DNA from: an uncultured Spirochaetota bacterium
GTDB taxonomy: Bacteria; Spirochaetota; Brevinematia; Brevinematales; JAOACQ01
Length of the DNA stretch: 64,000 nt
NCBI GenBank assembly: GCA_963783575.1
Contig: CAWAOD010000016.1
Span: forward strand, 96,001-160,000
Direction of reading: 5' to 3'
The translations under genes and the position numbers were made by a program. Positions 61,001-64,000 of this stretch are shown in pieces. The notes under the pieces were generated by a model. The model ran no database searches and was not told the origin of the DNA. It worked only from the letters and a program-made list of their open reading frames with translations. The number at the start of each line of letters is the position of its first letter. The first letter of the stretch is position 1.

Positions 61001-64000
61001 TGGTTGTGACGGTGAAATTGAGATTTGAAATACTGCCGGGGTCGAGGCCTGATAAATCAGGAAGATTGGTGAAGTAAGTTCCGCCCAAATATATGTTATA
61101 GTTTGTACTGGAGTAGGCCGCAATGTTTGTGACGGTAAAATCGAACTTGAGTGACTGGCTGCCGCTGAAAGTCTGGTTCACAAGGGGAGGAGTATTATCC
61201 ACCAGAAGATTGGTCGTAAATATGGCGGTATTCGATGCGCTGTCAACAAGCTTAAACTCTAATATTTTCATTCCATCATAATCAGCCGTATAAACATAAT
61301 TCTGATTCAGCTGGTTCGTGTCTGTCCGGTTCGTTTCGGAACTGCACATCCAGTTTCCATCGTAAATGGAATAAATTGAGCGGTCCAACCGGTAATTATC
61401 GCTGTAGTTTAAAGATATAACGCTATGGTTGACCGAGGGGCTGTTCTGCGAAATCTTAACGGCAGAGAGCGTAACGTCATTGATTTGCGGAGGCATACTG
61501 TCTATTGTGATTGTAAAATCATAATTCGTGATGTTTCCGGTAAAATCACAAACGGATAATCTTGCGTTGTATGTTCCATCGCTGAAATATGAACCGTCTT
61601 TTTGCTTACCGTCCCAGGAAAGTGTTATGTCTCCTTGCGTATTAGTCGAACAAAGCATTTCCTGATAACCGTTACCGGGTCCTTCAATCGACAAATGGCT
61701 CACCACCAGGTTGGTGATATCATTTGCGTCATTTACCGCGTTATATTCCATAAAAATCCGGCTGATGCCAGGGGAGAGCGTCCTGGAGATGCTTTTTACA
61801 GCCAGGGCAGGCGGATATATATCGTTCCTGACTTTGACAACCCCGGAATATGAAATGGATCCATTACTTACACTGTCGATCGCCGTTACTTTCAACCGGT
61901 AATCGCCCTGGAGCAGGGGTACGCCGCCCACTTTGCCGTCCCAGTAATAATCCCAGGCATTATCAGAAATACCATTGGAAGCGATGACTGCGGTTTGATA
62001 AACACCGGCATAATTGGTCCCTTCTATCTCCACTTTTTGTACCCTGATTTTTTCATCATTGGTTATTTTAATCCAGAGAAGAGAATTTTCCATCGTAGAA
62101 GAATAGATTTCCGGCTGCGCTTCAACATAAATAAAGGGCGGAGTCCTGTCTACAATAACATTAGTTGTAAAAATAGATGTATTGCCAGCAGCATCCAAAG
62201 ACTGAATCCGTATGGTATTAGTGCCTTCAGGAAGTAAATCGCTGTTTATTATTATATTTGTAGTCCCGGATTTATCAATAAATCCTCCCGCCTTCTCTGA
62301 ATCTGAAGATAGCGTATAATTTATGCTATGAGTGTCGGAAACCGTGAATTCGATTTGCATCAACCCCTTCACCTTCAAATCGCCGGGGAAGGCTGTTCCA
62401 AAGGTATTGTTACCATCTATCCGGTTTAGCTGAACTGCAGGCGGTGTGTTATCAATGTCGAGCGGAAGAGATGTCCGATTGATGTTACCGGCCTTATCGG
62501 AGGCCTCAAGTATAAATTCGAATGTCCCGTTCAGCATTGCTTTTGCCGTGTCAAACGAGCAAACGTATCTATCGATAAAACTGCTATCCATCAGATTACT
62601 TGTAATAGTTATCTCTGTGCCGTTTGTATAATAAATCCTGTATTTCAACGGATTCTGGTCATTAATAGTAACATAAAAATCAATATTTCCGGCTAATACC
62701 GCATCATTTCTGTCCGGCCTGAAAGATAAAGCCGGCACTATGTTGTCAATAATTACCTTTCTGTAATCGGAGGAAATATTCCCTGCCCAGTCTTCGGCAT
62801 TCAGGGTTATGGTATGTTCGCCATCCGGAACCTTACCGGAGGTTGTATCGATATCTGCGGTTACAGCGTTGGAATTATTATTTAAAATCCCGGATTGTAC
62901 AATCTCTCCATCCAGCAGTATATTCCAGGATTTTGGGTAATTATCAAGAATATTTCCTTTGAGTGTAAATGTTCCGCCGCATACCCCGTTGTTATCGGGG
63001 CTTGTAATCACCGTCAAAGGCGGTTCCCTATCGACAATAATGGAAATATTGGTCGTATTGGTATTGCCCGCTATGTCTGCAGCCTGAATGATTAATGTGT
63101 ATTGCCCGTTATCGTTCAAACCGGTAAAATCATTCTCAAAATCGATGCTAAACCGGTTTGTGGCAAGATTTTCGCCGGTGTATTTTTGATAACGGCCGCT
63201 GCCGTTTATTCCAATCTCGTAGTAAGCCAGGCTGTCGTTATCGCTTAAGTCCGCCGAAACCCGGAGCTTGTTCTGGATACCGCCGGTTATTATGTTCCTG
63301 ATTTCCGGCGGGTTGTTGTCCACCATAAACGGCTGGTCGATTATGTTTGTGTTTCCCGCTTTGTCGAATGCAATGAGCCGCATTGTATAAAGGCCGTTAA
63401 GATTAGCGCAGTTCCATGCTACCGTACCTGAATAATCCGGGATCAACCCCGAAATGTTTTGTATCAGGTTAAATTTGCCGTCTTGATCTATCCAGCCGGC
63501 CTGAGCCCCGTCAATATTAGCGTCCTGGATCACCACAGGTATTCTGGAAACCGCCGTTAAAGACGAAAGCCTTCCATTACCGGCAATGATATCCGCGAAA
63601 GGCTTCGCGTTATCCACAAGAAATTTTAGTGTTTTTTCATTAGTATTTCCGGCTATGTCATATGCGGTGAGCCTCAGCTCAAAGCCGTCCGCGGGGGCCA
63701 GAGGCGCAGACGTGTTGACGCCGTATGTATCGTAAGCCCCGATCTGCCCGGATTCAATGGGATTGTTCCCCTTTGCTATCCTTTCTTCAATGCCAGTCTG
63801 ATCATTTTTCAGGTAGAGTTCATAACCGGTGAGATGCTCGTCTTGAATTCCTCCGGAAATGTCCAGCATTCCCCGCACAATCTGGTTCTGTCCCGGATTG
63901 GCGATGGTCAGGGACGGCAGAATGTTGTCTACAGTAAAACTGACAGCTCTCTTGACAGTAAAGGTCTTGCCCGCACAGTTCGCGGTAAATTCGAGCGTGT
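55062..64000 (-). CDS. giant Ig-like repeat surface protein (more than 2970 aa; 5' end outside the window)
   Basis: Frame stays open to the window edge; many D-x-T-x-P...A-x-D-x-AGN units, two FlgD-like WDGK units, ConA/LamG-like C-terminus. Confidence 0.9.
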   Translation of the reverse strand, partial: TLEFTANCAGKTFTVKRAVSFTVDNILPSLTIANPGQNQIVRGMLDISGGIQDEHLTGYELYLKNDQTGIEERIAKGNNPIESGQIGAYDTYGVNTSAPLAPADGFELRLTAYDIAGNTNEKTLKFLVDNAKPFADIIAGNGRLSSLTAVSRIPVVIQDANIDGAQAGWIDQDGKFNLIQNISGLIPDYSGTVAWNCANLNGLYTMRLIAFDKAGNTNIIDQPFMVDNNPPEIRNIITGGIQNKLRVSADLSDNDSLAYYEIGINGSGRYQKYTGENLATNRFSIDFENDFTGLNDNGQYTLIIQAADIAGNTNTTNISIIVDREPPLTVITSPDNNGVCGGTFTLKGNILDNYPKSWNILLDGEIVQSGILNNNSNAVTADIDTTSGKVPDGEHTITLNAEDWAGNISSDYRKVIIDNIVPALSFRPDRNDAVLAGNIDFYVTINDQNPLKYRIYYTNGTEITITSNLMDSSFIDRYVCSFDTAKAMLNGTFEFILEASDKAGNINRTSLPLDIDNTPPAVQLNRIDGNNTFGTAFPGDLKVKGLMQIEFTVSDTHSINYTLSSDSEKAGGFIDKSGTTNIIINSDLLPEGTNTIRIQSLDAAGNTSIFTTNVIVDRTPPFIYVEAQPEIYSSTMENSLLWIKITNDEKIRVQKVEIEGTNYAGVYQTAVIASNGISDNAWDYYWDGKVGGVPLLQGDYRLKVTAIDSVSNGSISYSGVVKVRNDIYPPALAVKSISRTLSPGISRIFMEYNAVNDANDITNLVVSHLSIEGPGNGYQEMLCSTNTQGDITLSWDGKQKDGSYFSDGTYNARLSVCDFTGNITNYDFTITIDSMPPQINDVTLSAVKISQNSPSVNHSVISLNYSDNYRLDRSIYSIYDGNWMCSSETNRTDTNQLNQNYVYTADYDGMKILEFKLVDSASNTAIFTTNLLVDNTPPLVNQTFSGSQSLKFDFTVTNIAAYSSTNYNIYLGGTYFTNLPDLSGLDPGSISNLNFTVTTNIENIPAHTQTNLTKYSFFVSTNAGVSIYSDDPDLKGLYYSIVPRGTEPVLKDYTKGDVIPFYGYTNGFYTLYDAGVDDVDNWATNSMDIFIDGIAPVLKVVYTSNLIEPMNIMGEKYISPANRFNADIKEDSGIERIILSIRGISNNIFIETNFYTYYTNGNGISFSDLGIYSKGLYEIVFNAMDLVSNESAVTDYVNIPLPDTTPPVSWIALRGDFTTNGSMILANSNVTIVLDAKDDMGEYDGYVSGVDKIEYRIDNDEWITYTVPLKFIDDGLHDFSFRAIDKIGNNEDIHYYTVKINNSEPGITNFTSLVLNHTNIIYEWKDLNNVPAGNYEFSVSGQVQNISANHTILSNIKLTAGQALNITAKVRAWSDYGMPGNWMTITNTLDDLIEIVRPATNFYSQAIPFDVKFHSDERAKKKLDYLPLDSTKLSFVPEDWLGLYNDRNYNKRSELWEYIGETPHYGSTERLNDGIYLVKAEYKDGKGNFRQDSGIGLADSTKPVINFTIGNGKLTNNVFKTLTNSILLMSGEDPAVNGVSSGIRKVWYDIAKVDESHYRDVVNDAWRWRWHDFDYDVQDITGFRWDKDILDKDFVYSGFEKPVELKKGFYFIAAISEDNANNGYLYREEYGTNERFSGNFSKPYYLFIEVCDTTNDGGKIPPLAIVIDTNAPVISVTGIEDAHYYSNNAVITVKSTDAHLDSSRVVMDSAIIETNSFTVSAEGVHTLEVTASDTFMNTNSVLFTFTIDKTKPEIDVSGLSETNYTSSVEFGYLVSDVNLDKVDAQLNGQALGTNHYKISASGSYNLSVKAVDKAGNSSEYFKTFTVNTGGSDNIAPVVTLKGLKPDQYYSNDISLSISVWDENLLESATYASIDGKIYYLTSIPFSTNINLEGSHHLLIHAEDSYSNTTVIDRIFVIDRTAPVIGITGAEEGNFYNSDKTISVNILEDNPAGSSVYLNGITVPTGQFTVSGSGKQQILAIAWDKVNHTNTASLSFVIDKTKPVITVTGLDATVYSNAVQLGYTAADDNLSAITAALNNQVLSTNIYSITKAGNYTLTIDAQDKAGNEAVLTKNFIVIDSIPPEITISGLDNGKYYGNDVNLSIRVSDANLSGSTCCAVIDGKTNILNGTTFVTAVTQEGTHHLAVYAGDIFSNCSETEKEFIIDKTAPAIQIDGAVNNKYYNTDVSVNMFAADANLSGSLIVIDQKTNGNGLCMVTNEGIHRIEAAAWDVVNHTNRVNLSFVIDKTKPVITVTGLEATVYSNTVQLGYTAADDNLSAITAALNNQVLSTNIYSVTKAGNYTLTIDAQDKAGNEAVLTKNFIVIDSIPPEITISGLDNGKYYGNDVNLSIRVSDANLSGSACCAVIDGKTNILNGTTFVTAVTQEGTHHLAVYAGDIFSNCSETEKEFIIDKTAPAIQIDGAINNKYYNTDVSVNMFAADANLSGSLIVIDQKTNGNGLCMVTNEGIHRIEAAAWDVVNHTNRVNLSFVIDKTKPVITVTGLDSEEFFKPVEFSYAVLDENISETEAFLNGMPLTANSVKITMAGSYIFSVRAVDKAGNETDVVKEFLLHDTTPPSISVSGLTEKKYYSNDIYLTVQIDDPNLSLSNTTVSIDGKLYGLMNGQATAIINTEGNHILNIYAEDIYTNIASVYREFVIDKKPPKINIINVIDKHNYLSVSPVVSVKDDFTVKPVFEEYLKKSDEKWILYTNWIITNSGNYQLLVYAEDEAGNHSTNQVAFNIVKDYEQTLLLYSGFEYYDCSYVPYGKDWKWEPNLTNEPYYIFSDHYLGITAHKDYSPGIIYGMATNELINPVKSSIEFMMQDNLPDNSMKPSARMTLFEIRSDTTSLFSIYLDPRYGISIGLGQTNYYLTNNDDGADDKDGKDHDDDHHQNWHRIRVNYDLSSSGNTPYIQFYIDDILKQTFFTRTNQSVYSDKNGKLYFGFSETDSFNPKEYFYLDELRIYEDVTGKRNDDDWEEGRE
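56500..58007. repeat. near-identical 738-bp tandem duplication inside the giant gene
   Basis: CCTGTGACCGTAAT recurs at 56500, 57238 and 57976; 246-aa unit duplicated. Confidence 0.93.

Overview
AT-rich bacterial chromosomal segment, probably from a spirochaete (inferred from gene content, spirochaete-style lipoproteins and the repeat family; not provable here). Housekeeping and metabolic genes include bactofilin, pdxA, rpiB, aroE, a GH10/GH3 xylan pair, nhaA, purD, a frameshifted pcrA/uvrD, trxA and an spsF-like gene. The main accessory region (about 14990-24200) is an integron-type gene-cassette array on the minus strand with no integrase in the window. It has five attC-like sites, two of them about 240-250 bp. 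Its cassettes are a RelE/HigA toxin-antitoxin pair with a frameshifted toxin, an SPFH/slipin gene with a pseudoknot plus tRNA-T-arm leader RNA, a zinc-type ADH/quinone oxidoreductase, a repeat-domain/PD-(D/E)XK nuclease and a UDG-superfamily-like protein. Four of the five sites carry an IS1182 element or a related MITE. Two of these insert exactly at the core GTT and rebuild an RYYYAAC box. Also present: a third IS1182 inside a palindromic repeat, an IS1380 remnant, a dispersed ~100-bp hairpin element, a tandem anti-SD sRNA candidate, a LuxR sensor with three operator-like boxes, a TonB-dependent receptor and the 3' part of a giant Ig-repeat surface protein with a 738-bp internal duplication. 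All calls are from reading the sequence by eye; no searches were run.
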